From positions 1 through 44,037 of IMG/VR virus record IMGVR_UViG_3300037258_000330: 44,037 bases of DNA. One strand, 5' to 3'. The DNA is from a virus. Shown here piece by piece: positions 7,832-16,341 of this stretch; the stretch's first letter is position 1; each line of letters begins with the position of its first letter. The position numbers and the translations under genes were made by a program. The notes under the pieces were generated by a model, which was not told the DNA's origin, searched no databases, and saw only the letters and a list, made by a program, of their open reading frames with translations.

Positions 7832-8938
7832 ATGAAGGCTACATGCTCGCGGCGTGGCTTTACCCTGATCGAGATTCTGATGGTGATCGTGATCATCGGC
7901 GTGCTCGTCGGCCTGCTCGTGCCGGCGATCGCGGGCGCGATGCGGGCCGCGAATAACGCGGCCGTGCAGTCGGAGCTGAACGCGCTGGCGTCGGCCCTGA
8001 CGGCGTTCCGGAGCCAGTTCGGCGACTATCCCCCGTCGCGGATCTTGCTCTGCGAGGACGGGAATTATGCACCGTTCTTCACGTCGGGCACGTACACGCT
8101 CGGCCAGACGGCGAGCCCGTCGGCGATCGACCAGTCGGACGGGGCGCTCGCGGCCCGGTCGATCTCGGCGCTCCGGAAGATGTTCCCGCGCTGCGCCCAG
8201 TCGGCCGCCGGCCCGCTCTACAACCTGGCGAGCGGCTGGCCCGACTACAACGGCAACGGCCAGATCGACCCGCCGCGGCTGATCTCGGGCGACGAGTGCC
8301 TGGTGTTTTTCCTCGGCGGCCAGCCGACGAAACTGGCCGGCCCGCCCGGCTCGTCGACGCCGGCCTGGGCGACGACCGGGTGGGGCGCCGACCCGCGGGC
8401 GCCCTTCCTGGTGGCCGCGAAGAACCGGATCCAGCCGCTCTATGATTTCGCGGCCAACCGGCTCGTCGACGCCGACGGCGATGGGTACCCGTCGTACGTC
8501 GACAGCCTCGGCACCAGCCGGCCGATCGTGTACTTCAGCGGGTACAGCGGGGCCGGCTACGACCCCAATGACGTGAACTTCGACGTCGGGTCAACATACG
8601 TCGAGACCGACGAGAACGGCACCACGTCGCCGATCGCCTTGCGGTTCACCGTGGCGTTTCCCGTGCTGGGCGGCGCACCGGCGGCGATCTCGCCGGCGCC
8701 GAACCCGTACACGTATTCGACGTCGGTCGCGAGCCCGGCGAACTGGATCAAGCCGCAATCGTTCCAGGTCTTCTCGGCCGGCGGCGACGGCCAGTACGGG
8801 GTCGGCGGCCTCTATAGCGACTCGGCCGACGAGCCGTTGCCGGTCGACACGGCGAACACGACGCCGTCGTCGGATGCGGGGATCAGGATACGTGAGCGTG
8901 ACAACCTGACCAATTTCCGGAACGGCCGGCTGGACTGA
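7832..8938 (+). CDS. Prepilin-type (GspG/type IV pilin-like) protein with a large C-terminal extension
   Basis: MKATCSRRG/FTLIEILMVIVIIGVLVGLLVPA shows a class III signal peptide with Gly-1, Phe+1 and Glu+5. The following helix, NNAAVQSELNALASALTAFRSQFGDYPPS, resembles T2SS GspG. GAGG is 7 nt upstream. Confidence 0.85.
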   Translation: MKATCSRRGFTLIEILMVIVIIGVLVGLLVPAIAGAMRAANNAAVQSELNALASALTAFRSQFGDYPPSRILLCEDGNYAPFFTSGTYTLGQTASPSAIDQSDGALAARSISALRKMFPRCAQSAAGPLYNLASGWPDYNGNGQIDPPRLISGDECLVFFLGGQPTKLAGPPGSSTPAWATTGWGADPRAPFLVAAKNRIQPLYDFAANRLVDADGDGYPSYVDSLGTSRPIVYFSGYSGAGYDPNDVNFDVGSTYVETDENGTTSPIALRFTVAFPVLGGAPAAISPAPNPYTYSTSVASPANWIKPQSFQVFSAGGDGQYGVGGLYSDSADEPLPVDTANTTPSSDAGIRIRERDNLTNFRNGRLD

Positions 8939-8976
8939 CCTGAACCGATTGAACCTCGGCGCGGAGGGAGGAAGCG

Positions 8977-9537
8977 ATGACGTTGGGCTCGTTGTTATGT
9001 GGATTGTCTTTAGTCGTGGCGTTACTCAGCATGGTCGTCTCGTGGCAGGCATGGCGGGATCGGCCCTTCGAGCTCCGGCGGCTCCGGGCCGCGAACCGCG
9101 AGATCGACCGAGCGGCGGAAGCCGAGCGGCTGGCCCGGCGGTCGGCGGTCCCGGAGCCGGCCCGGCCGGCGGCCGAGGGGGAGCCGCCGCGCGAGGCGAC
9201 GGGCCGTGCGCAGGTCCGGCAGTTGTTTCGCGACGCGGCCGCGCGACACGGGCTGCGGTTCCAGGAGAGCACACGCGGGCCGATCTGGACCGGGAGCCTG
9301 GACGATCCGTCGGGGCGGGCTGTGCGGGGCCGAGTGCTGGGGAGCAAGACGCTCCTGGCACTGTTCCCGGATCCGGTCGCCCTGGGGAGCGAGCTCGAGT
9401 GCTGGACCTACGATGTGCCGCGACACCTTGACGCGGCAGTTGACTGGGCGCGCACGGGAGCGTGGCCGACGATCGGCTGGACGCCGGATAAGCGAGTGGA
9501 CCGACCCGCGGGCGATACGAACCCTGATGCCGGCTGA
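8977..9537 (+). CDS. Membrane-anchored hypothetical protein (186 aa)
   Basis: Strong RBS (GGAGGGAGGAAGCG before the ATG). N-terminal TM helix: LLCGLSLVVALLSMVVSW. Confidence 0.7.
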   Translation: MTLGSLLCGLSLVVALLSMVVSWQAWRDRPFELRRLRAANREIDRAAEAERLARRSAVPEPARPAAEGEPPREATGRAQVRQLFRDAAARHGLRFQESTRGPIWTGSLDDPSGRAVRGRVLGSKTLLALFPDPVALGSELECWTYDVPRHLDAAVDWARTGAWPTIGWTPDKRVDRPAGDTNPDAG

Positions 9538-9590
9538 AACACAAACGTCCCGGCCGGCGCGGGCCGGTCGGGACGGGGAGGAATGATTCG

Positions 9591-9953
9591 ATGGGAGAGA
9601 GAGAAGGTCAGACTGGACGGATTGCCGAACTGCTCGGCCAGATCCTCGAGCTCAAGGCCGAGCTCGCCGGCACGCGTTGCCAGGCCGACAGGATCGACGC
9701 CGAGCTCGAACGGGTGCGCGTCGAGCGGGATCGGCTATTCGCGCGGCTCGTGACTCATGACCAGTACTACATCAGGCGCGACGGGGATAACCTGGGCGAG
9801 CAGCACTCGGCCTGGCGCGTCCTGTGTTGGATGCTCTACTGGCAATTGCCCGCGCCCGACGGGGTCGTTGCCGCGGCACTGACCGAGCACGATCGAACGG
9901 CCGCCGTCACTCCCACCCCAACCACCGCCGCAACGCCCGGTCGACCTGGTTGA
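9591..9953 (+). CDS. Coiled-coil protein, paralog of 39784..40059
   Basis: RBS is GGGGAGGAA. It shares ILE(L/I)KAEL..(R)VR.ERD.L and W(M)..P.P(D)(G)VVA.AL..HD(G)R with the other copy. Confidence 0.7.
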   Translation: MGEREGQTGRIAELLGQILELKAELAGTRCQADRIDAELERVRVERDRLFARLVTHDQYYIRRDGDNLGEQHSAWRVLCWMLYWQLPAPDGVVAAALTEHDRTAAVTPTPTTAATPGRPG

Positions 9954-10278
9954 GTTTCGCTCGCCGGCGGGCGCACCCGCACTCGCGGCCGAGCCGGCCG
10001 GCGACCCACTTCGCAAGCCGGTCGGCGCCGAGCCGGGCGGCCGCGGCGGCGACCAGGTCGCCGGCGAGCGGGATCGGCGAGCCGGCCGGTGATGGGGCCG
10101 AGCACGGCGGCCGGCCGGCGGGGGGAGCCGGCCGCGGCCGGGGCGGGCCGCCGGCCATCTCGATCACGATCGGGATGTAGCGGGCGTCATAGATCGGGCT
10201 CGCCGGGTCGCAGAGCGCGCGGAAGCGCGTGTGGTTGGTCTCGGCGACGACGATGTCGAGGGCCTGCGCGAGGTCCAT
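9907..10278 (-). CDS. Last gene of the late operon; hypothetical (123 aa) with C-terminal GRECGCARRRAKLN motif
   Basis: ATG is 2 nt after the stop of 10281.. gene. Internal Met of track ORF 9907..10443. It overlaps the convergent gene 9591..9953 by 47 nt. Confidence 0.55.
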   Translation of the reverse strand: MDLAQALDIVVAETNHTRFRALCDPASPIYDARYIPIVIEMAGGPPRPRPAPPAGRPPCSAPSPAGSPIPLAGDLVAAAAARLGADRLAKWVAGRLGRECGCARRRAKLNQVDRALRRWLGWE

Positions 10279-10280
10279 TG

Positions 10281-11348
10281 TCACTCGGTCCAGGTGATCG
10301 TGCCGTACCCGCCGCCGAAGCTCACCGAGCCGGAGACCGGGCAGATCGAGGCCGAGTTGGTGACGGCCCCCGGTGCACTGCCGCAACCGGGATTGCCGAC
10401 AAAGCCCGCGCTTGCGTACGTCTTCGAAAAGGCGCGCGTACATGGGTCGACGGGATCGACGGTCGAATAACCCACCGTCAGCGTGCCGCCGCTACAGCCA
10501 ATCGCCGGGTCGGCCGGCAAGACGATGCTCCACTCGCCGGCGCTCGTGTACGGAACCGTTACGGTGGTGCCTCGATCGAGCCCGTAGATCCCCACGTTGG
10601 GGATGGTCACGTTCAATGTCACCGGCACGAGGTATTCCCAGCACGCGTCGATCGGCCAGCAAAAATTCTGCGTGTAGGCCGGTCCGCCGGCATCGTAGCC
10701 GACCTGCGCGAGATCGACGGGCCCCCAGCTCTGGCTCGTGCAATCGCCGGTCGCGCCCGCGTACGGAATGACCCCGGATAGGAGACTGCACGGCATCAAG
10801 GGGAAGCTCGTCACTCCCACGGTACCGGTGAGCGTCTGATGTCCGGGCGCTGACCAGGCGACGGTGATCGCGCCGCCGCTTGATCCCGGCATATAGTAAT
10901 AATAGACCTCACTGATCCCGCTCGTGAACGTCAACGAGAAGCCAACCGCGCCGCCGACCGTCACGGTTACCGGGCAGGCGGTCGAGGGCTGGCAACACAC
11001 GCCAAGACAGGTGTAGGCCCCGTGGATCGCGATCGGCCCCCAGGTGCCGAGGGTCGAGAGCGTGACGGTGATATTGGCGCCGCCGGAGCCGACACTCACC
11101 GACTGCGAGCCGCCCGGGTACGAGACGGTGTAAGTGCCGGTCGATGGGAGGGTCACGCAACAGTTCGCGTTGCCGTCGCCGTCGTTGGTGGTGGTGCAGG
11201 TCCCGACGACCGTCGAGCCGCTGTCGGTGACCGTGACGGGGATCGGCGGGATCACGTACGTGTGCGAGAGCCCGGTGCAGAGGTTCTCGAACTTGACGCA
11301 GAGCGACGTCGGCGCCGACGTGCAGCAGCTCTTGCAGACCAGGGGCAC
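10281..11348 (-). CDS. Cysteine-rich, Gly/Thr/Ser/Val-rich distal tail protein (candidate receptor-binding protein)
   Basis: The GTG at 11348 lies 1 nt after the upstream TGA (TGACGTG). The track start 11462 would overlap the upstream gene by 113 nt. About 25 Cys are present, including CKSCC, NCC and GVCC. Beta-rich composition. It sits distal to the tape measure. Confidence 0.7.
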   Translation of the reverse strand: MPLVCKSCCTSAPTSLCVKFENLCTGLSHTYVIPPIPVTVTDSGSTVVGTCTTTNDGDGNANCCVTLPSTGTYTVSYPGGSQSVSVGSGGANITVTLSTLGTWGPIAIHGAYTCLGVCCQPSTACPVTVTVGGAVGFSLTFTSGISEVYYYYMPGSSGGAITVAWSAPGHQTLTGTVGVTSFPLMPCSLLSGVIPYAGATGDCTSQSWGPVDLAQVGYDAGGPAYTQNFCWPIDACWEYLVPVTLNVTIPNVGIYGLDRGTTVTVPYTSAGEWSIVLPADPAIGCSGGTLTVGYSTVDPVDPCTRAFSKTYASAGFVGNPGCGSAPGAVTNSASICPVSGSVSFGGGYGTITWTE

Positions 11349-11349
11349 G

Positions 11350-11757
11350 TCAGCAATCCCCCACCAACAAATAAAGATACGGGCCGCGCCACTTGGCCCA
11401 GGCGAACTTGGTCGCGTCCAGGGCCGTGGTGTACGGGTTGTAGCAGGTCGCGGTGTCGGCACCCGAGGCGGTGAAACCCGGGCCGTCGGCGTCCTCGATC
11501 AGGAGCGTCACGGTCGCCGAGCCGGGCGAGCCGTACGTGCCGGCGGCGATCCCGCCCGAGCCGGTCAGGATCGGCACCAGCTCATCGGTCGCCAGGCTGT
11601 ACAGGAGCGGCGGCGAGACCGAGCTCTCGGCGCTGTCGATCGCCAGCGGCGGCGATGCGACCATGCGCCGCCACCGCTCGAGCTCGCGGTAGATGATGTT
11701 GAGCATCCAGGGCGCGAGCGAGTCGCCGTCTTTGACGTTCGGGAAAATGTTCGGCAT
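11350..11757 (-). CDS. Tail-tip associated hypothetical protein (135 aa)
   Basis: Tightly packed between the neighbouring tail genes, with good codon bias. Confidence 0.7.
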   Translation of the reverse strand: MPNIFPNVKDGDSLAPWMLNIIYRELERWRRMVASPPLAIDSAESSVSPPLLYSLATDELVPILTGSGGIAAGTYGSPGSATVTLLIEDADGPGFTASGADTATCYNPYTTALDATKFAWAKWRGPYLYLLVGDC

Positions 11758-11760
11758 CGG

Positions 11761-12594
11761 TCAGAGTGTCGTGAGCGGCGTGAGGTCGGCGGCCTGAAAG
11801 AGCGAGTTGCCGGCGCCATCCTTTACCGGGTACCACGCGAGCGAGTTCCGGGCCGGCAGGGAGTTCCACGGGAAGGCCGAGTCCCGCTCCTCGAAGACGA
11901 GCTGCGTCTTCTGCGCGACGGAGCCGTCGCTGTTGAATTGCCGCTGCGTCCGGCCGCCCTTGAAGAGCACCAGGCCGGCGGCCGCATTGAAAAACGTGGC
12001 CGTGTTGACGCGGAACCGAAGCGCCCGCACGAGCGTCATCACCAGGTAGGGTGTCCGCTCGTACGTGAGCACCATCGTCGTGAGCGGGATCGTGACCTTC
12101 GCCGGGACCGAACAGGGATTGCCGTTGTTGGGGCCGGCCTGATATTTGAAATTGCTGTTGTTGATCGTGTAGACCTCGGCGCCGAAATCGAGCTCCTGGG
12201 TCGCCCAGAGGACCGGCGTCGCGCCGGTCGGGTCGAAGGATTGGCTCGGGTCGGACACCAGGTCGAACGTCAGCGGCCGGTACTCGGCCCGGATCAAGGC
12301 GCCGCCGTTGTAGCCGGGGTAGCCGTTGGAGTTCAGGGCCGGGCCCTCGAGGCCCTCGACCGCCTCGGCCTTGATGCAGTAGAGGTTCGGCGAAAGCGGG
12401 TGCTGATGGGGCGAGATCGACGTGATCGTCAGGCCGGTCAAGCTCCGCTTGCCGAGCATGGCATTGATCATGTCGTCCGTGTTGGCGTACGAGTCGATGA
12501 AGTACTCGACATGGTAATACGGACCGCGCTCGTCGATCCCCTTGCTGAAATAGCGCGTGGTGTGGACGTAGGGGAATGGTAATGCAGTGCTCAT
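11761..12594 (-). CDS. Putative distal tail protein (assigned by position immediately after the tape measure)
   Basis: 277 aa with protein-like composition. The function is inferred from synteny only. Confidence 0.7.
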   Translation of the reverse strand: MSTALPFPYVHTTRYFSKGIDERGPYYHVEYFIDSYANTDDMINAMLGKRSLTGLTITSISPHQHPLSPNLYCIKAEAVEGLEGPALNSNGYPGYNGGALIRAEYRPLTFDLVSDPSQSFDPTGATPVLWATQELDFGAEVYTINNSNFKYQAGPNNGNPCSVPAKVTIPLTTMVLTYERTPYLVMTLVRALRFRVNTATFFNAAAGLVLFKGGRTQRQFNSDGSVAQKTQLVFEERDSAFPWNSLPARNSLAWYPVKDGAGNSLFQAADLTPLTTL

Positions 12595-12597
12595 CCG

Positions 12598-14217
12598 TCA
12601 CGGCCCTCGCAGGATGGCGCCCGGCTTCTGATTCCGGATCGCGGTGAGGATGTCGCTGAGCACGGTCTTGGCTTCGCCGAGCTTGTCGTTGGCCTGGTCG
12701 AGCGCCTGGAGCTGCTTGGCCTTGGCGTCGTCCGGATCCGAAAGCGCCGACTGAATCGCCGACCGGGCGAAGTCGGCCGGGTCAGAGAAGGCCTGCGATT
12801 GGAACGGTCCCTTCTCGGCCTGCGCCCGCGCGGCGTCGGCGACGCGGTTGGCGAGCACCAGGCCGCCCTGGATCAGCCGGCCGGCGGCTCCGCCGACTCC
12901 GACGCCGGGGATCAGGTTGCGGCCGAACTGGTTCGCCGCGCCCTGGCCGGCGGCGCCGGGAGCGGTGGCGCCGGCGATCGATTGGATTTGACCGAGGAAG
13001 TTCCGGGCCACGCCGCGGAGCCCGAGCTCGACCCCGTTGCCCTCGGCCGTCGCGCCCGGCCGGCGATCGTGGTCTTTCTTCCAGTCCTCGCGGTCCTTGA
13101 TGCGCTTCGCCGCGGCGGCCACTCTGCGGTCATGATCGGCTTGCTGGGCCTGCCGCTGGGCCGCGAGGAAGCCGGGATCGCGCTTGCCCTGGGCGTTGGT
13201 CATCATGCCCGGGATGCCGGGGGCGTTCAGCGGCAGGCCTAAATCCTCGGCCGCCCGCTCGCCCATTGCACGCTGGAGATTTCCCGTACGGTCGCCGAGG
13301 CCGACCAGGTTCAGCAACTGATTCGCCTGGTCCATGAGCACAAACGCTGGCCCTCGCTTCAGCGCCACGCGCGAGCCGTTGATCCGGTCCCTGATCTCAT
13401 CTCCGACGAGCTTCCCCGGTTCCTTGCCCGTGGCCTCCTTGATCACACCGGCCAGCTCGTGCGCCAGCTTGATCCCGTCCCGCAGCGCCTCCTGTAGGTT
13501 GTCACCGAATGCGACGGCCGCGTTCTCGAGCTCGCCCTGCAACTTCCGGAGCTGGTTCGCATTCGAGTCGGCCGTCCGGCTCAAGTCGCCGATGGCACCC
13601 TGGGTCGCGGCCTGTTTCCGGATGAGCGAAATTCGTGCGACCACTTTTTCTTGTTCGGTGAGCTCGCGCTTCACCCTCGTCAGACCCATCGCCAAGGCCT
13701 CGGCCTTGACCGCGTCCTCTGAGAGTAGGAACCCGAGCGGTTTCAGCGGCTCCGACTCGCCGGCCATGCCGGAGCGGAGCTTATCGAACGCATCACCGTT
13801 CGCGAGGTTGTGGTAGCTGGCGATGTCGAGCCCGAGCTGGACCATCTCCTGGCCGAGCTTCGCCGAGGCGGCCGTCGACAGCCCCGCGGCCCGGCCCATC
13901 AGACCGAAGCCGGCCGCGGCGTCGAGTGCCTCTTGCTTCACGACGCCGAACCGGTCGGCCAGGTCGTCGGCCTGGTCGATCATCCCCTGCGCATCGCGCC
14001 CGAATGTGACACGCACTTTCGAGAGCGACTCGCCCAGGTCGGCCGATTTCTTCGCCGCGGCGAGCAAGCCGCCGGCGACGCCCCCGGCGCCGCCGATGCC
14101 GACAGTGATCGCGCGCGAGGCGAACGACGTCAACATCGACCGGGCCCGGCCGAGGCCGGCCTGCATGGGTTTCAGGTTGGCGCCTACATCAACGTAGGCT
14201 TCGGCGAGCTTGCCCAC
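12598..14217 (-). CDS. Tail tape measure protein
   Basis: 539 aa and Ala/Gly/Leu/Gln-rich helical. The N-terminal core (LGESLSKVRVTFG...QEALDAAAGFGLMGRAAGLS...MAGESEPLKPLGFLLSEDAVKAEALAMGL) is typical of tape measure proteins. It follows the G/GT chaperones. GTG start. Confidence 0.9.
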   Translation of the reverse strand: MGKLAEAYVDVGANLKPMQAGLGRARSMLTSFASRAITVGIGGAGGVAGGLLAAAKKSADLGESLSKVRVTFGRDAQGMIDQADDLADRFGVVKQEALDAAAGFGLMGRAAGLSTAASAKLGQEMVQLGLDIASYHNLANGDAFDKLRSGMAGESEPLKPLGFLLSEDAVKAEALAMGLTRVKRELTEQEKVVARISLIRKQAATQGAIGDLSRTADSNANQLRKLQGELENAAVAFGDNLQEALRDGIKLAHELAGVIKEATGKEPGKLVGDEIRDRINGSRVALKRGPAFVLMDQANQLLNLVGLGDRTGNLQRAMGERAAEDLGLPLNAPGIPGMMTNAQGKRDPGFLAAQRQAQQADHDRRVAAAAKRIKDREDWKKDHDRRPGATAEGNGVELGLRGVARNFLGQIQSIAGATAPGAAGQGAANQFGRNLIPGVGVGGAAGRLIQGGLVLANRVADAARAQAEKGPFQSQAFSDPADFARSAIQSALSDPDDAKAKQLQALDQANDKLGEAKTVLSDILTAIRNQKPGAILRGP

Positions 14218-14906
14218 TTAGTCTCTCCACTTGAGCTTGCCGGCCGCGAAATCGGCGAGCACGCGCTTGGCCTGCCAGCGCTCTTTTGACAGGCCGTCGG
14301 GATTGCCGCGGGTGATGATGGCGACCACTTGCGGATAGGTGAGGTCGCCGATCCGGTCGGGTGGGATCCCGTACTGATCGAGCAGTCTGAAGACCAAGGG
14401 CGCCCAGTCGTCGGCGCCGTCGTCCTCTACGCGGCCTCTTCGGCCGCCGCGACTTTTGGGGCCGGCCGCGGTGGCTGGCCATAGAACGAGACGCGCAAGA
14501 GCTCGTTCCAATCGTCGGTCGAGAACAGCTTCGCGAGCGCGGTCGCGCGCTCGATCGTGAAGGTCTTGTCGGCCTTGGAGAGGACCTGGTGCAGGAGGTA
14601 GGCCTGGCCGCCGTCGGCCCGGTCGATGGACTCGAACCAGTCGGTCGAGCCGAGCCGCGGCGGCCACGACAGCGCCGCGCGCTGGGCGTGGTCGAGCAGG
14701 ATCTCGCGGGTCTCGATCGAGAGCGGCTCGCCGTCGGCCGCGGCCTGGTCGATCGCCCGGCCGGCCCGTGTGACCGGCGACGGCGACCGGCGTTTGAGCC
14801 ACGCGCTGATCTCGCCCCACTCGCGCAGGGTGAGCAGCCGCACGGAGTACTCGGCGCCGGCGAGATCGATTTCCTCGGCGGCGCCGACAACAACGGAGAG
14901 ATCCAA
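14218..14906 (-). CDS. Tail assembly chaperone fusion (gpGT-like) made by a -1 programmed frameshift at 14454-14460
   Basis: The -1 frame stays open from the slip site to 14218 and encodes ...DDGADDWAPLVFRLLDQYGIPPDRIGDLTYPQVVAIITRG.... Confidence 0.7.
14427..14906 (-). CDS. Tail assembly chaperone (gpG-like), TTG start
   Basis: GAGGAG is 6-7 nt upstream of the TTG. The gene lies between the tail tube and the tape measure. A slippery heptamer sits near its 3' end. Confidence 0.8.
   Translation of the reverse strand: MDLSVVVGAAEEIDLAGAEYSVRLLTLREWGEISAWLKRRSPSPVTRAGRAIDQAAADGEPLSIETREILLDHAQRAALSWPPRLGSTDWFESIDRADGGQAYLLHQVLSKADKTFTIERATALAKLFSTDDWNELLRVSFYGQPPRPAPKVAAAEEAA
14454..14460 (-). 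promoter_or_regulatory. -1 ribosomal slippery heptamer C CCA AAA (XXXYYYZ)
   Basis: The minus strand reads gcC CCA AAA gtc in the G frame, 10 codons before the G stop. Plus strand is TTTTGGG. Confidence 0.7.
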
Positions 14907-14920
14907 GGGTAGCTCCTCAG

Positions 14921-15349
14921 TTATGCCAGGATCACGGGCCAGGTGAGGGCGCCGGAGATCTTGGCCGTGACGGGGATCTTATGCACATCCTCGAGCGATT
15001 CGATGCCGGGCGCGATGGTGCTGACCATTGCCGAGAGCGAATAAAACTTGGTCGCGTTGGTGTAGCATTGGACGACCAACAACGTCCCCGGGCGGATGTT
15101 GGCCAGGTCCGTGTCGGTCGGCGGGTTGTTGTCGTCGTAGACCAACGTGCATTCGAAGTCGACGTCGGTCAGAGTCAGGGCCGGCGTTCGGCCGGAGAGG
15201 AAGTTGGAGACGTCGACGAGCTTGCCGTCGATGTTCAATTTCCAATTCATGGCCGGCTGGACGACGGCCGTCAGGGTGTCCGCGATCAGGTAGGAAAACT
15301 TGAGCACGGCCACGGGGCCCGCGATCGGGGCGATGGGGGTAAGGGTCAT
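14921..15349 (-). CDS. Major tail (tube) protein candidate
   Basis: 142 aa, immediately upstream of the G/GT chaperones, with RBS GAAAGAAGG. The function is positional. Confidence 0.65.
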   Translation of the reverse strand: MTLTPIAPIAGPVAVLKFSYLIADTLTAVVQPAMNWKLNIDGKLVDVSNFLSGRTPALTLTDVDFECTLVYDDNNPPTDTDLANIRPGTLLVVQCYTNATKFYSLSAMVSTIAPGIESLEDVHKIPVTAKISGALTWPVILA

Positions 15350-15362
15350 GAGACCTTCTTTC

Positions 15363-15890
15363 TCAGGTGCTATCGCCGGAGAGGTTGATTCCGAAGGTGA
15401 TGGGGTTTGAACCGGGGTTCGCGATTTTCAACTGATCGCTCGAGCCGGATCCGACCGGGATGCCGGCCGCGTTGGTGGCGACGATCAAGAGGCAATCAAA
15501 TACTGGGATCGCTTGCGTCGATCCGATCGTGACCGGGTGTGTCGCGGCCTGGCCGAAGTTGAGGTAGTCACCGTCGACCCGGTCGATGAGCCAGACAAAC
15601 GCCTTGCGCAATCGCGCGAGGGCGAGCGATCGGGTGAGGCTGTCGGTGAGCGCTGACAGCGTGTAAGTGACGGATGACCCGCCTGCGAGTGTCACGGCGG
15701 TGTCGCCGCTTAGCTCCCAATGCACGTCAACGACACTCGCGACCGTGCCACTGGTCGAGGTTCCGTTTGACATCGGATACGTGGCCTTGCTCGTCCCCTG
15801 GGCGGGAAGACTGATGGGGCCGACGTCGATGTTCTCGGTGATTTGATCGCTGACTGTGACCGTGTTGAGGCAGTTGATCGAGACCGACAT
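15363..15890 (-). CDS. Virion structural protein (175 aa, beta-rich)
   Basis: The internal ATG at 15890 is 4 nt after the upstream stop. The longer track ORF start would overlap the upstream gene. Confidence 0.65.
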   Translation of the reverse strand: MSVSINCLNTVTVSDQITENIDVGPISLPAQGTSKATYPMSNGTSTSGTVASVVDVHWELSGDTAVTLAGGSSVTYTLSALTDSLTRSLALARLRKAFVWLIDRVDGDYLNFGQAATHPVTIGSTQAIPVFDCLLIVATNAAGIPVGSGSSDQLKIANPGSNPITFGINLSGDST

Positions 15891-15894
15891 ATCA

Positions 15895-16338
15895 CTATCC
15901 CCTTGCGAGTGTCCAGGTGATCGACCGCCGGCAGACCCAGACGTCCTTGCCGTACGCGGCCCGGGTCTCGGCGTCGATCTCGATCGCATCGCCGCCGGCC
16001 GGCTGGCGGTTGACGTCGCGCCAGCCGCCGGCGATTCCGATCGGCGACCAGGCCGGCTGGTCGTCGGGGGGGAGCAAGATGTCCCGGGCCAGGTTGCCGG
16101 CCGTCTCGACGGCCGACCGGGTTGTCGCGAACGTGCTGACCTCGATATGCAGAAACGCGATCTCGCGGCCGCCGAAGAGGCGCAGGTAATTGGCGTCGCG
16201 CTGCTGCAACACCATGTATGCGAGCGGGTCGTCGCGGCCGGCCTGGCCGTCGGCGATGCCGCCGGGCAGGACGGCGACGAGCTCGGGCTGCGCGAGCAGG
16301 TAATTGCGGATCGCGCCGATCAGGTGCGGTGTGCTCAT
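15895..16338 (-). CDS. Head-tail joining / tail terminator-like protein
   Basis: 147 aa. Position is between the gp10-like gene and the tail tube genes. Confidence 0.6.
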   Translation of the reverse strand: MSTPHLIGAIRNYLLAQPELVAVLPGGIADGQAGRDDPLAYMVLQQRDANYLRLFGGREIAFLHIEVSTFATTRSAVETAGNLARDILLPPDDQPAWSPIGIAGGWRDVNRQPAGGDAIEIDAETRAAYGKDVWVCRRSITWTLARG

Positions 16339-16341
16339 CAG

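Noticed and set aside
7684-7956. Small ORF MFTKKYRLIDLISLAAVVSVALAV... upstream of and overlapping the pilin gene
   Set aside because: It has a plausible TM helix, but no stop until 125 nt into the pilin gene. There its third-position GC collapses while the pilin frame stays high. No convincing RBS. Left unannotated.
11134-12601. 482-aa plus-strand and 339-aa minus-strand ORFs over the tail-tip genes
   Set aside because: They are out of frame or antisense to 11350..11757 and 11761..12594, which have normal composition and tight operon spacing.
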